This document shows, piece by piece, positions 20,307-30,879 of a stretch of DNA of 64,000 bases. The notes beneath the pieces are model-generated. The model saw only the letters and a list, made by a program, of their open reading frames with translations, searched no databases and was not told the DNA's origin. The translations under genes were made by a program, and so were the position numbers. How positions within the stretch are numbered: position 1 is the stretch's first letter; each line of letters begins with the position of its first letter. Source of the DNA: a virus; the IMG/VR virus record IMGVR_UViG_3300042446_001168. One strand, written 5' to 3'.

Positions 20307-21266
20307 ATGGCAAGAAAACAACTAGATGAATTGGCAGTAGGTGGTGGTGCTACCGGTGTGTCAATGGTTCCTGATGCTGGTACCAAGAAAAATACCCTAC
20401 CTAATTCGAAGCAACAGGGTGATATGAACCCACAAACCATCGATGCAGATCAGAATGGTCAGCAAGATACCAATACAGAAAACAACACAGCTCCAACAGG
20501 AGATATGTCAGCTAAGAATAAGGCCTCGGTAGCAATGAAAGAACACATTGATGCTATGTTTAACGGAGAAGACATCTCCGAAGAATTTAGAGAGAAAGCC
20601 ACTACCATTTTTGAAGCAGCTATTCAAACTCGTATCTCGGAAGAGATTGCTGAGCTAGAAGAGCAATTCGAAACCAAGCTAGAGGAAGCTGTTTCGGAAG
20701 TTACTCAAGAAATCACATCTAAGCTAGATGACTATCTTGATTACTGTGTTGAGCAGTGGATGAAAGAAAATGAAGTTGCTATCGAGCATTCGTTGAAATC
20801 AGAGATCACTGAAGAATTCATGGATGGCCTCAAGAATCTTTTTGCAGAAAACTACATTGAGATTCCAGAAGAGAAGCTTGACGTGCTTGAGCAGTTAACC
20901 CTCAAAGTGGAAGAGCTGGAAGACAAGCTCAACAACTCAATCACAGAGAACATTGAGCTCTCGAAGTCGATCAGCCAATACTCGAAGCAAGACATTTTTA
21001 TTGAAGTTGCTGAAGGTCTGGCAATGACTCAAGTAGAGAAGCTACGTCAGTTGTCAGAAGGAATTGATTTTGACAGCAGCGAGTCCTATCAGAAAAAGTT
21101 GTTGTTGGTTAAGGAAAACTATTTTCCAGCAACCAAGAACGTACAGTACATTCAAGAAGAAGACGAAGCAATTGTAAACAACGATCTATCGGAAGATACG
21201 GAAGTTAAATTCCAAGACCAATCCGTTAAGCGTTATTTCAAGGCTATCTCGCGCTCTACTAAATAA
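20307..21266 (+). CDS. gp22: Prohead scaffold gp22
   Basis: SEEFREKATTIFEAA and LDDYLDYCVEQWMKEN; acidic coiled coil. Confidence 0.93.
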   Translation: MARKQLDELAVGGGATGVSMVPDAGTKKNTLPNSKQQGDMNPQTIDADQNGQQDTNTENNTAPTGDMSAKNKASVAMKEHIDAMFNGEDISEEFREKATTIFEAAIQTRISEEIAELEEQFETKLEEAVSEVTQEITSKLDDYLDYCVEQWMKENEVAIEHSLKSEITEEFMDGLKNLFAENYIEIPEEKLDVLEQLTLKVEELEDKLNNSITENIELSKSISQYSKQDIFIEVAEGLAMTQVEKLRQLSEGIDFDSSESYQKKLLLVKENYFPATKNVQYIQEEDEAIVNNDLSEDTEVKFQDQSVKRYFKAISRSTK

Positions 21267-21305
21267 TAATTATAAAGATTTTTTTAACCTCGAAGGAGAA
21301 GTAAG

Positions 21306-22622
21306 ATGATGTTAGCAGAAGAACTACAAAAAAAGTGGGACCCGATCTTGACTCACCCAGATCTATCCCCAATCAGAGATCAACATCGTAGAAGCGTGAC
21401 CGCTGTCGTTCTAGAGAACACAGAAAAAGCACTTCGCGAAGCTAATCACTACATTCCACAAACACTCACAGAAACTGCTCCAGCTAATGCAACCGGTGCT
21501 GATATTGACACATTCGATCCAGTTTTGATTAGCTTGGTTCGTCGTGCAATGCCTAACCTGATTGCTTATGATATCTGCGGCGTTCAGCCAATGACTGGCC
21601 CAACCGGCTTGATCTTTGCAATGCGTTCGAAGTACTCGAACAGCTCCAACAGCGGTGTTGAGAACTTCTACAACGAAGTTAACACATCGTTCTCGACAGC
21701 TGTTTCTGGTGCTAATACACTGGGTCAAAAGCACGTTGGTGGCTATCCTGGTAACACAACAACTGGTACAGCTAACTTGGCTGAGACAGGCATTTACAAC
21801 TTTGGTTCGGGTATGTCGACCGCCACTGCTGAAGGTAACAACTCTTTTGCAGAAATGGCTTTCTCGATTGAAAAAGTTACTGTTACTGCTAAGTCCCGTG
21901 CTCTTAAAGCTGAGTACTCGATGGAACTTGCTCAAGATTTGAAAGCAATCCACGGTCTTGACGCAGAAACAGAATTGTCGAACATCCTATCGGCTGAGAT
22001 CCTTGCAGAGATCAACCGTGAAGTTGTCCGTACAATCAGCGTAACTGCTACCAAAGGTGCTACAGAGAACACAACTACAGCAGGTCGTTTTGACTTGGAT
22101 ACAGATTCGAACGGTCGTTGGTCTGTTGAGAAGTTTAAGGGTCTGATGTTCCAAGTTGAGCGTGAAGCTAACCAAATTGCTAAGGCTACTCGTCGCGGTA
22201 AGGGTAACATGATCATTTGTTCGTCTGACGTTGCTTCGGCTCTTCAGATGGCTGGTGTTCTTGATTACGCTCCTGCTCTGAACAGCAACAACCTGAACGT
22301 TGATGATACTGGCAATACTTTTGCTGGTGTTCTAAACGGTCGTATCCGTGTTTATGTTGATCCATATGCTACTGGTAACTACCTAGTTGTTGGCTACAAA
22401 GGTGCATCGGCATTCGACGCTGGCTTGTTCTATTGCCCATACGTTCCTCTACAAATGGTTCGTGCTGTTGATCCTGACAGCTTCCAACCAAAGATTGGCT
22501 TCAAAACACGTTACGGCATGGTTGCAAATCCATATGCTGAAGGTGCTACGGTCGGTCTAGGTGCATTGACCAAAGATTCGAATGTTTATTACAGAAGAAT
22601 CCTGGTTGACAACCTGATGTAA
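21306..22622 (+). CDS. gp23: Major capsid protein gp23
   Basis: GVQPMTGPTGLIFAMR, KSRALKAEYS.ELAQDLKAIHGLDAE and FQPKIGFKTRYG. Confidence 0.98.
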   Translation: MMLAEELQKKWDPILTHPDLSPIRDQHRRSVTAVVLENTEKALREANHYIPQTLTETAPANATGADIDTFDPVLISLVRRAMPNLIAYDICGVQPMTGPTGLIFAMRSKYSNSSNSGVENFYNEVNTSFSTAVSGANTLGQKHVGGYPGNTTTGTANLAETGIYNFGSGMSTATAEGNNSFAEMAFSIEKVTVTAKSRALKAEYSMELAQDLKAIHGLDAETELSNILSAEILAEINREVVRTISVTATKGATENTTTAGRFDLDTDSNGRWSVEKFKGLMFQVEREANQIAKATRRGKGNMIICSSDVASALQMAGVLDYAPALNSNNLNVDDTGNTFAGVLNGRIRVYVDPYATGNYLVVGYKGASAFDAGLFYCPYVPLQMVRAVDPDSFQPKIGFKTRYGMVANPYAEGATVGLGALTKDSNVYYRRILVDNLM

Positions 22623-22662
22623 TTTGAATATAAAAACTACAATATAAACCAGCAATAAGTTT

Positions 22663-22689
22663 GAGAGGACCTTCGGGTCCTCTCTTTTT
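22663..22689 (+). terminator. Rho-independent terminator after gp23
   Basis: GAGAGGACC-TTCG-GGTCCTCTC followed by TTTTT. Confidence 0.9.
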
Positions 22690-22721
22690 GTCTATAGATA
22701 AATAGTAAAAAAAGGAATACT

Positions 22722-23264
22722 ATGAGCGCTATTACAAATACCCCAACAAACAGAAACTTTCTATCTCCTCTGAATTTTAGATTGGTGCTTCAACGAGCTC
22801 CATCTCTGAACTTCTTTTTGCAGGGAGCATCTATTCCAGGACTATCGTTCGAGGGATATGTCAACCTAACTAACCCTTTTGCTAAGATACCTCTACCAGG
22901 GGATCACCTAAACTATTCACCACTCACAGTATCGTTCATGGTGGATGAGGACCTTTCTAATTACCTTGAGATCTTTAACTGGATGCTGTACATAGGTGGA
23001 CCTACTTCAATTGATCCTGGTGCCGTACAATCGCCCTACGGACTAGATAACTCTATTACAACAGATCCAATGCAGGCAATCAGGTCAGATATAAAGTTGA
23101 TGATCCTATCAAGTGCAAAAAATCCTAATCTAGAAATTACATTTAATGATGCCTTTCCAAGTCAGCTTGGCGAACTTCAATTCAACACCACTGCTGGAAC
23201 AATAAACTACCTTGAATCTTCTGTAACTTTCGAGTATGTAAAATACAGTATTGCTAAATTATAG
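22722..23264 (+). CDS. gp3: Tail tube terminator/completion protein gp3
   Basis: NFLSPLNF, F.VDEDL.NYLEI.NW and FP..L..L.F. Confidence 0.85.
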   Translation: MSAITNTPTNRNFLSPLNFRLVLQRAPSLNFFLQGASIPGLSFEGYVNLTNPFAKIPLPGDHLNYSPLTVSFMVDEDLSNYLEIFNWMLYIGGPTSIDPGAVQSPYGLDNSITTDPMQAIRSDIKLMILSSAKNPNLEITFNDAFPSQLGELQFNTTAGTINYLESSVTFEYVKYSIAKL

Positions 23265-23293
23265 TTGACTTGAATCTGTTTTGGTGATATAAT
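23265..23293 (+). promoter_or_regulatory. Sigma70-like early promoter (uvsY-uvsW)
   Basis: TTGACT-N17-TATAAT. Confidence 0.8.
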
Positions 23294-23316
23294 GCAGGTT
23301 AGTATTGGAGACTTGT

Positions 23317-23751
23317 ATGAAGACAGATGAAATATTGGCAGCGTGGGAACAAGATTGTGCAATGGATAAGACTGAGTTAGGCAAAGAGTCTCTTCGTATT
23401 CCTCAATTGCATTCAAAGTATATCAATGAATTTTATCAAGCCAAGACGTCCTATATAAAGCATACTCAAGATTACAAGAAGCTGTACAAGCTCAAGCATC
23501 AGTATTATCAGGGAATTCTTTCGAAAGAAGAGCTAGACCAGTATGGTTGGGATGTACAGGCACTCAAGATACTGAAGGTTGATATTCCTGTATACCTTGA
23601 GTCAGATGATGATCTGCAGATCATCAAAGTTAAGATAGAGATGATTGAATACAAAATAGAGATGTTGGAAAACATTATCAAGACGTTAAACAATAGGGGA
23701 TATTTAATAAAAAATGCAATTGAGTGGTCCAAATTTCAACACGGACTATGA
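23317..23751 (+). CDS. uvsY: Recombination mediator UvsY
   Basis: W..D..MD..EL..ESL.IPQLHSKY and RGYLIKNAIEW.KF; synteny. Confidence 0.88.
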   Translation: MKTDEILAAWEQDCAMDKTELGKESLRIPQLHSKYINEFYQAKTSYIKHTQDYKKLYKLKHQYYQGILSKEELDQYGWDVQALKILKVDIPVYLESDDDLQIIKVKIEMIEYKIEMLENIIKTLNNRGYLIKNAIEWSKFQHGL

Positions 23752-23776
23752 TACAGCAACACGGACTATGATACAG
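23737..23776 (+). repeat. Perfect 20-bp tandem duplication across the uvsY stop / uvsW start
   Basis: CAACACGGACTATGATACAG x2. Confidence 0.95.
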
Positions 23777-25204
23777 ATTGAAAAATTCAACGAGACGTAC
23801 AATAAGATACATTGTAACGACGATATTGCTAGGGAGCTAAGTGATTACTTTACTTTTGAAGTTCCTGGTGCTAAGTTTATTCCATCCGTAAAGAATAAAA
23901 AATGGGACGGTAAGATTCGATTATTTAATGCTGGTACCCATAACATATACGCTGGCTTAATTGAATATGTTCAAGATTTTGCAAAACAAAATGAGTATCC
24001 AGTAGAGCTCCTCTCTGATTTCTCGGATGCTGATTGTGGCGATGTTGATGATCTGATCTCTAGGATTGGACTTACTAAGCCACCAAGAGACTATCAAATA
24101 GCTGCCTTCAGGCACGCAGTCAAGAAACAAAGATCGTTACTCCTATCTCCAACAGCATCTGGTAAGTCGCTAATCATCTACATGCTGTGTAGATACTACA
24201 ATCTCAAAACTCTCTTAATCGTGCCAACAACATCGTTAGTACATCAGATGTACTCTGACTTCGAGGAGTATGGATTTGACTCAAAAACTAACTGCCATAT
24301 GATATTCTCTGGCCAGGAGAAAGATGTTGATAAGCAGATATACATATCCACATGGCAATCAATATACAACCTTCCTAAAAAATGGTTCCAGCAGTTTGAT
24401 TGTGTAATAGGAGATGAGGCTCATTTATTCAAGGCTAAATCGCTTACAACCATTATGCAGAACCTTTCTGCATGCAAGTATAGGTTCGGGTTTACAGGAA
24501 CGCTAGACGGGTCACATACACATAAGTTAGTACTTGAAGGATTGTTTGGAACTGTCAAGAAGGTAACTACCACATCAGAGCTTATAGATAGAAAATACCT
24601 TTCAGACTTTAAAATTAAAGCAATTGTTCTTAACTATGAGGATCAGTATCGGCAGCAGATCAAGATAGCAACGTATGCTGATGAGATGGATTTTTTGGTT
24701 AATCATTATCCTAGAAACAAATTTATTTGTAATCTAGCGTTGAATTTGAAGGGTAACACATTGATACTATATCAATATGTTGATAAACATGGGAAGGCCA
24801 TTTACGATGTTCTTAATGACAAAGCAAAAGATAGAAAAGTTCACTTCGTCTCTGGTGAGATTTCTGGTCAGGATAGAGATGTCATTAGAAGAGCTGTGGA
24901 GCTGGAGACTGATTCGATTATTGTTGCTTCTTACGGTACTTTTTCTACTGGCGTCAATATTAAGAACCTGCACAATATCATTTTCGCTTCACCTTCAAAA
25001 TCAAGGGTCAGGAACCTCCAATCAATTGGTCGTGGTCTTAGATTAGGGGATAGGAAAGAAAAAGCCTGGCTGTATGATATAGCTGATGATTTGCAATGGA
25101 AGCAAAGAAAGAATCATACTCTCAATCACTTCGTGGAACGTATTAAAATATACAATGAGGAGAAGTTTGATTACAAAACGTTTTCAATAGACATCAAAGG
25201 ATAA
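23768..25204 (+). CDS. uvsW: DNA helicase UvsW
   Basis: SPTASGKS, GDEAH, GFTGT and QSIGRGLR; start taken at the ATG of the second repeat copy. Confidence 0.95.
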   Translation: MIQIEKFNETYNKIHCNDDIARELSDYFTFEVPGAKFIPSVKNKKWDGKIRLFNAGTHNIYAGLIEYVQDFAKQNEYPVELLSDFSDADCGDVDDLISRIGLTKPPRDYQIAAFRHAVKKQRSLLLSPTASGKSLIIYMLCRYYNLKTLLIVPTTSLVHQMYSDFEEYGFDSKTNCHMIFSGQEKDVDKQIYISTWQSIYNLPKKWFQQFDCVIGDEAHLFKAKSLTTIMQNLSACKYRFGFTGTLDGSHTHKLVLEGLFGTVKKVTTTSELIDRKYLSDFKIKAIVLNYEDQYRQQIKIATYADEMDFLVNHYPRNKFICNLALNLKGNTLILYQYVDKHGKAIYDVLNDKAKDRKVHFVSGEISGQDRDVIRRAVELETDSIIVASYGTFSTGVNIKNLHNIIFASPSKSRVRNLQSIGRGLRLGDRKEKAWLYDIADDLQWKQRKNHTLNHFVERIKIYNEEKFDYKTFSIDIKG

Positions 25205-25206
25205 CA

Positions 25207-25602
25207 ATGGTAAAGATCATCAAACTTCAAAACAACTGTGAAATTATTGGTAGCATGGTTGAAGATAATAATGATAGTGTTGTGATAGACAATCCTTTCT
25301 CTATCAATTATATGTTTACTGCAGCAAGTGACAGACCTATCATTGGTTTGTTAAGGTACATGCCGTTTGCTGAGGAGCGTCAGATGTCCTTTCAAAAGTC
25401 TGGTATAATTAACATTGCCAATGCCAGAACATCGATGTCCAACTATTACGATGTCATACTAGATAGTCATCTATCAGACATTGATGACCATGTTGATAAT
25501 GAACTTCAAGGAATTGTTGACTCTGATTTTGAGGACGAGAATAATTCCGATACTTTACAAGCGATACTAGAAAAAATGAACACTAACGATAGAATGCACT
25601 GA
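25207..25602 (+). CDS. Conserved T4-like hypothetical protein (Sm-like fold)
   Basis: KIIKLQNNCEIIG start; conserved position between uvsW and gp55. Confidence 0.6.
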   Translation: MVKIIKLQNNCEIIGSMVEDNNDSVVIDNPFSINYMFTAASDRPIIGLLRYMPFAEERQMSFQKSGIINIANARTSMSNYYDVILDSHLSDIDDHVDNELQGIVDSDFEDENNSDTLQAILEKMNTNDRMH

Positions 25603-25603
25603 T

Positions 25604-26137
25604 ATGGCAGATCACTATATTGATAACAAGACTTTTTATGAGGCAATAAAAAAGTACCGTGAAAGTATCGCTGAGGCAAAGGAGCTGGGAAAGGATAAAC
25701 CAATTATTCCTAACTACCTTGGCCAATGTATTCTGTTGATTGCCAATAGGCTAGCAACAAAACCAAACTTTATCAACTACTCTTATAAAGATGAGATGAT
25801 AGCAGATGGTATCGAGAACTGTATCATGTACATAGATAATTTTGATCCAGAGAAATCGACAAATCCCTTTGCATACTTTACTCAGATTATATACTTTGCA
25901 TTCCTACGCAGAATACAAAAAGAAAAGAAACATCTTTACATTAAGCATCAGGTACTAAAGAACTCTATCATATCTGATGAGATGTATAATCTACAGGACG
26001 GGGATGATGATGTATCAATGGCCAGTATGTTTGACAATGAGAAGATGAATGACTTTGTCAAGGCTTTTGAAGAGGGCTTGGAGAAGAAACGAAAACCTAG
26101 TCAGAAAGTAGGACTCGAAAAGTTCTTTGAGGAGTAG
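25604..26137 (+). CDS. gp55: Late-transcription sigma factor gp55
   Basis: HYIDNK.F and NFDPEKSTNPFAYFTQIIYFAFLRRIQKEKK. Confidence 0.96.
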   Translation: MADHYIDNKTFYEAIKKYRESIAEAKELGKDKPIIPNYLGQCILLIANRLATKPNFINYSYKDEMIADGIENCIMYIDNFDPEKSTNPFAYFTQIIYFAFLRRIQKEKKHLYIKHQVLKNSIISDEMYNLQDGDDDVSMASMFDNEKMNDFVKAFEEGLEKKRKPSQKVGLEKFFEE

Positions 26138-26149
26138 CTTGTACGTGCA

Positions 26150-26186
26150 CCCAAATGTTTTATAAATACAAGAAACATTGGGGGGC
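26150..26186 (+). promoter_or_regulatory. Late promoter TATAAATA (26161-26168) in the loop of an RBS-sequestering hairpin
   Basis: CCCAAATGTTT / AAACATTGGG arms flank TATAAATA; the 3' arm overlaps the G-run RBS of the HNH gene. Confidence 0.65.
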
Positions 26187-26189
26187 ATC

Positions 26190-26738
26190 ATGGGAGTAAA
26201 AAATCAATTTCCTGCTATATCAAGGCAGAACAGACTCAAAGCTATTGAAGAAGGGTCTACAACTTACATAAGTGGAACCACGTGTAAACACTGTGATACA
26301 ACTGTGAAGTATGTTAAAAACTCTTCTTGTGTAGAATGTACTACGGTGAAAACAAAGCAAAGAGATTCCAGTGTATATTCAAAGTATATTAACTCGGAGA
26401 AGGGTAAAAATTGGAAGAGCTCGTATAGAAAAACTACAGTGTATAAAGAAGTACAAAAAAGATGGTTGGATGCCACTGGGTATGGTTCCTTCAGACAATC
26501 CTTGAGAAGGAAGCAGATAAAAGACTCGATTACTTTATTATCAATTGATGAACTAGAACAAGTTGAGCAGATTTACAAAAAAGCAGCAGAACTAAGACAG
26601 TCAACAGGTAAGATGTATCACGTTGACCATATCATACGGCTGGCTGATGGTGGTACACATTGGCCGGATAATTTACAAATTTTAGATGAATCCACACACC
26701 GTGAGAAAACATCTGGTGAAAATAGAAAGGAGGGTTAG
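26190..26738 (+). mobile_element. Free-standing HNH homing endonuclease
   Basis: CKHC..CVEC zinc finger; YHVDHII.L..GG.H...NLQIL HNH motif; inserted between gp55 and gp47. Confidence 0.88.
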
Positions 26739-26741
26739 TCA

Positions 26742-27798
26742 ATGAAAGTAGCACTTTTGACTGACACGCATTTTCGGTGCTAGAGGAGACCATGCAGCAT
26801 TCGACAAACATTTTAAGAAATTCTACGAGCAAACATTTTTCAGAACTCTCACCGAGCGAGATATACGGCACGTTATTCATCTTGGCGATATGTTTGATCG
26901 TCGCAAGTATATTAACTATCTTACTCTCAGCAATTGCAGGAAGTATTTTTTTGATACTCTTCGTGATCGGGAAATTGAGCTTGATGTTATCGTTGGTAAC
27001 CACGACGTATTCTACAAAAACACAAACGAAGTAAACTCTCCAGAGTTACTACTCACCGAGTATGATAACATTCACCCATACTCTGTAGCCACAAAGCTCA
27101 ACTACGATGGCCTGGATATATTAATGCTTCCATGGATATGCTCTGATAACTATCAAGAGTCCATGAATATAATCAAAGACACAAGTGCTGAAGTCTGCTT
27201 CGGACATCTTGAGCTTGCCGGCTTTCAAATGTATAAAGGACAAAAAAATGATCACGGATTTGATTCTAAAATATTCAGCCGATTTGATCTTGTGTGTAGT
27301 GGTCATTTCCATCATCGCTCAAGCTCTGGCAACATCCACTATCTCGGTAATCCTTACGAACTTACATGGGCTGATTATGAAGATCCACGAGGATTCCATA
27401 TATTCGACACAGAGACCAGGGAGCTAGAGTTTATTCAGAATCCCAATAGAATGTTCCATAAAATATTCTTCAACAAGGACTATACAATTGATGATCATAA
27501 CTATGATGTATTGAAAGATTGTTTTGTTAAAGTTGTGGTTCAGGATAAAGACACTCCAATGAAGTTTGATATCCTAATTGACAAGTTAGAAAAGGTTGGT
27601 ATAGCCGACTTGCAAGTAGTTGATGATCACATGCATATGGATATTGAGGACAACGAGGACATACTAGAGAGCGCTGAAGATACCATGACTCTATTGTCAA
27701 AATTCTGCGATCAGCTAGATGCCACTGTTGATAAAAAAAGGCTTGACGGCCTGCTTAGAAACCTGTACAATGAGGCGGTTAACCTAGAATCCGCATAA
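26742..27798 (+). CDS. gp47: Recombination endonuclease gp47 (Mre11-like), with a +1 frameshift near 26771-26775
   Basis: MKVALLTDTHF (motif I) from 26742 continues in the +1 frame as GARGD...HLGDMFDRR, GNHD and SGHFH. Confidence 0.9.
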
Positions 27799-27801
27799 AC
27801 T

Positions 27802-29520
27802 ATGATATTGTTTTCCAAAGTTAGATGGCGCAATATGCTATCTACGGGTGATGCCTGGACAGAAGTAAACTTCACAAAATCTAAATCGACTCTGGTTGTA
27901 GGGGAGAATGGCGCTGGCAAGAGCACCATTCTTGATGCCGTTTGTTTTGCGTTATTCGGTAAGCCGTTCCGAAAGATAAACAAGCCGCAGCTCGTTAACT
28001 CCATCAACAAAAAGAATATGGTGGTGGAGATAGAGTTTAAGGTAGGTTCTCGAGAATATATTATCAAGCGAGGACAGAAGCCAACTCTTTTTGAGATACT
28101 GGTCAATGGAGAACTCATAAGCCAGAACTCCGAATCCAAAGAGTATCAAGAAATGCTCGAGAAGACCATTCTCAAGCTAAACTTCAAATCATTTTCCCAG
28201 ATTGTTATTCTTGGTAGTGCCTCATTCACGCCCTTCATGCAGCTACCAGCTGCTCATAGAAGAGAGATCATTGAGGACTTGCTTGACATTCAGATATTCT
28301 CTACTATGAATACTCTACTAAAAGAAAAAGTAGCTCTAAACAAACAAGAGATTACGTGTGTTTCTTACGAGATGAAGGTTGCTGCAGACAGGATTGAGTT
28401 ACACAACAAACTTGTAAAGACTCTTACCGACAATAAGCAGACTACAATTACTACAAAGAGTAATCAGCTCAAGGAAGTTACTGGCAACATGCAGATAGCC
28501 CTTGATGTTATTAAGGAGCACAGGGAGAAAGTTATAACGCTCAAAGGTAATATAGTAGACGAGGATGCAGTGTCTGGTAAGTATTCTACCTACATAAGCT
28601 TGAAGCGTGCAGGTGAGAATAAGTTAAAGAACATAAACGATAGCATTGAATTTCTAGAAGATCACGAGAGTTGTCCGACGTGTAATCAAGACATTGATGC
28701 TCATTTTAAATATGGTAGTATTGGAGAGAAGACTACTCAAAAAGTTGATGTTGAAACCTCACTTGCTTCATTGCAAAGACTCATGGTAGCTTTGGAGGAG
28801 AGACTAAAAGATATAGCAGGGGTGCATTCTCTGATACAAGACCAGGATGATCTTATTCAGGACTACAACACTCAAGTAAAGATATACGAGAACACAATTA
28901 AGCTACTACGAGATGAAATAAAATCTTTGCAATCTGAGATTGAAGTGCAGTATACAGATGATGCTGAAGAGTTAACTGCTATCAAACGAACATTAAAAGC
29001 AGCCATTAATACAAAAGAAGAGTTACTGAAGGATAAAGCTGCTCTAGATGTTGCTTCTGTGTTGTTGAGAGACTCTGGAGTAAAGACAAAGATCATTAAG
29101 CAGTACATCCCTGTCATAAACAAGCTCGTCAATAAGTACCTGGCAGCAATGGACTTCTTTGTTAACTTTGAGTTGAACGAGAACTTCGAAGAGACTATCA
29201 GATCAAGACATCGTGATGATTTTAGTTATGAGTCCTTTTCCGAGGGCGAGAAGATGCGCATTGACTTGGCTCTACTATTCACATGGAGAGCAATAAGTAA
29301 ACTACGTAACTCAGCATCAACGAATCTTTTGATCATGGATGAAGTATTTGATAGTTCATTAGACAATAATGGGACGGAAGAGTTCCTTAAAATTATCAAT
29401 ACGTTGACTGCTGACACAAACTTGTTTATAATAAGCCACAAAGGCGATCAACTCTTTGATCGGTTTCATTCTGTAATAAAATTCCAAAAAGTAAAGAACT
29501 TTAGTCAAATGGTGAAATAA
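27802..29520 (+). CDS. gp46: Recombination ATPase gp46 (Rad50-like)
   Basis: GENGAGKST, CPTC hook, FSEGEKMRIDL and MDEVFDSSLD. Confidence 0.96.
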   Translation: MILFSKVRWRNMLSTGDAWTEVNFTKSKSTLVVGENGAGKSTILDAVCFALFGKPFRKINKPQLVNSINKKNMVVEIEFKVGSREYIIKRGQKPTLFEILVNGELISQNSESKEYQEMLEKTILKLNFKSFSQIVILGSASFTPFMQLPAAHRREIIEDLLDIQIFSTMNTLLKEKVALNKQEITCVSYEMKVAADRIELHNKLVKTLTDNKQTTITTKSNQLKEVTGNMQIALDVIKEHREKVITLKGNIVDEDAVSGKYSTYISLKRAGENKLKNINDSIEFLEDHESCPTCNQDIDAHFKYGSIGEKTTQKVDVETSLASLQRLMVALEERLKDIAGVHSLIQDQDDLIQDYNTQVKIYENTIKLLRDEIKSLQSEIEVQYTDDAEELTAIKRTLKAAINTKEELLKDKAALDVASVLLRDSGVKTKIIKQYIPVINKLVNKYLAAMDFFVNFELNENFEETIRSRHRDDFSYESFSEGEKMRIDLALLFTWRAISKLRNSASTNLLIMDEVFDSSLDNNGTEEFLKIINTLTADTNLFIISHKGDQLFDRFHSVIKFQKVKNFSQMVK

Positions 29521-30038
29521 TGATATATGAATTAGTGAAGCCGGACCATGTGATGTTGAGAACCAAACTGGATAGATTTGACTTCAACAATCCACCAATG
29601 AATCCTCATGAGCTAGCTAACAACCTCATCGAAACAATGATCCACAACAACGGTATTGGGTTATCTGCCAATCAATGTGGTCTCCCGTACAAAGTATTTG
29701 TGTTGTGGTCAAACCCAACAAAAGTAATGTTTAATCCTACTGTGGCCGATATCTCTACGGAGGAGATTATGTTGGAGGAAGGATGTTTGACGTATCCAAA
29801 TCTTTTCATAAAGATTAAGAGACCGAAGTTAGTCCGTATTAGATACATGGATTCATTTGGAGAAGCTCAGACCGATAAGTTTACTGGGATGACTGCTAGA
29901 TGCGTACTTCATGAGATGGATCATCTGAATGGAGTTAATTTCACACATAAAGCTAGCAAGTTTCATTTTGAGCAAGCCATGAGACAGAGAAATAAACGAG
30001 AAAAATCATATAAGGTGCCTAGCCATGAGCAAAATTAA
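29520..30038 (+). CDS. def: Peptide deformylase
   Basis: GIGLSANQ, EGCL and HEMDH motifs. Confidence 0.93.
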   Translation: MIYELVKPDHVMLRTKLDRFDFNNPPMNPHELANNLIETMIHNNGIGLSANQCGLPYKVFVLWSNPTKVMFNPTVADISTEEIMLEEGCLTYPNLFIKIKRPKLVRIRYMDSFGEAQTDKFTGMTARCVLHEMDHLNGVNFTHKASKFHFEQAMRQRNKREKSYKVPSHEQN

Positions 30039-30876
30039 AGTAGCAGAATTATTCTATTCTCTTCAGGGTGAAGGGAAATATGTCGGAGTTCCTAGTGTGT
30101 TTTTACGAACATTTGGGTGTAACTTCACTTGTAGTGGATTTGGAATGCCTAAAGGAGACGTATCTAATGAACGAGATGGGATTGCAGTTAATATTGGCCA
30201 GTTTAAATCTTACAACGATCTACCACTTGTTCATACCGGTTGCGATTCTTATGCTAGCTGGGATCCTCGGTTCAAACATCTTTCACCGGTTCTTACTACG
30301 GATTCGATTGTGGAATCAATTAAGGAATTACTCCCGAATAAACACTGGAAAGAAGAACACCTAATTATTACTGGTGGTGAGCCATTACTTGGATGGCAGA
30401 GATCATTTGCCGATCTACTATCACACGAGGGGATGGCTGGCCTCAAGTCTATTACTTTTGAGACCAACGGTACTCAGAAGCTCACAGACGACTTCAAGAA
30501 GTTCTTGTTTCAACATGGATCAAAGAACAAAGGTAATGTTGAGATTGTGTTCTCCGTGAGTGCTAAATTGAGTGCATCAGGAGAAAAATGGGAAGAGGCA
30601 ATTCTACCAGCAGTTGTAGCTGATTATGAACAGTACGGTGAAGTATATCTGAAGTTTGTGGTTGATAAGGATAGTGACATTGAAGAAGTTGATAGAGCGG
30701 TGTATGTGTACAGAGATAATGGGATTCGTGGTAACATATATCTGATGCCTGTTGGAGGAACTGATCAGATATACTTTAGTAACTTCAAAGCTGTTGCAGA
30801 AATGGCCATGAAGCGTGGGTGGAGATATAGTCCAAGATTGCAGGTAGATATTTGGCGTAACGCATGGGGTACTTGA
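30025..30876 (+). CDS. queE: 7-carboxy-7-deazaguanine synthase (radical SAM)
   Basis: ELFYSLQGEG, FLRTFGCNFTC...CDS (with insertion), TGGEPLL, FETNGT and YSPRLQ. Confidence 0.92.
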   Translation: MSKIKVAELFYSLQGEGKYVGVPSVFLRTFGCNFTCSGFGMPKGDVSNERDGIAVNIGQFKSYNDLPLVHTGCDSYASWDPRFKHLSPVLTTDSIVESIKELLPNKHWKEEHLIITGGEPLLGWQRSFADLLSHEGMAGLKSITFETNGTQKLTDDFKKFLFQHGSKNKGNVEIVFSVSAKLSASGEKWEEAILPAVVADYEQYGEVYLKFVVDKDSDIEEVDRAVYVYRDNGIRGNIYLMPVGGTDQIYFSNFKAVAEMAMKRGWRYSPRLQVDIWRNAWGT

Positions 30877-30879
30877 TAA

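Noticed and set aside
26777-27034. 85-aa hydrophobic ORF overlapping gp47
   Set aside because: It is an alternate frame of the conserved gp47 sequence, and the hydrophobicity is probably incidental.
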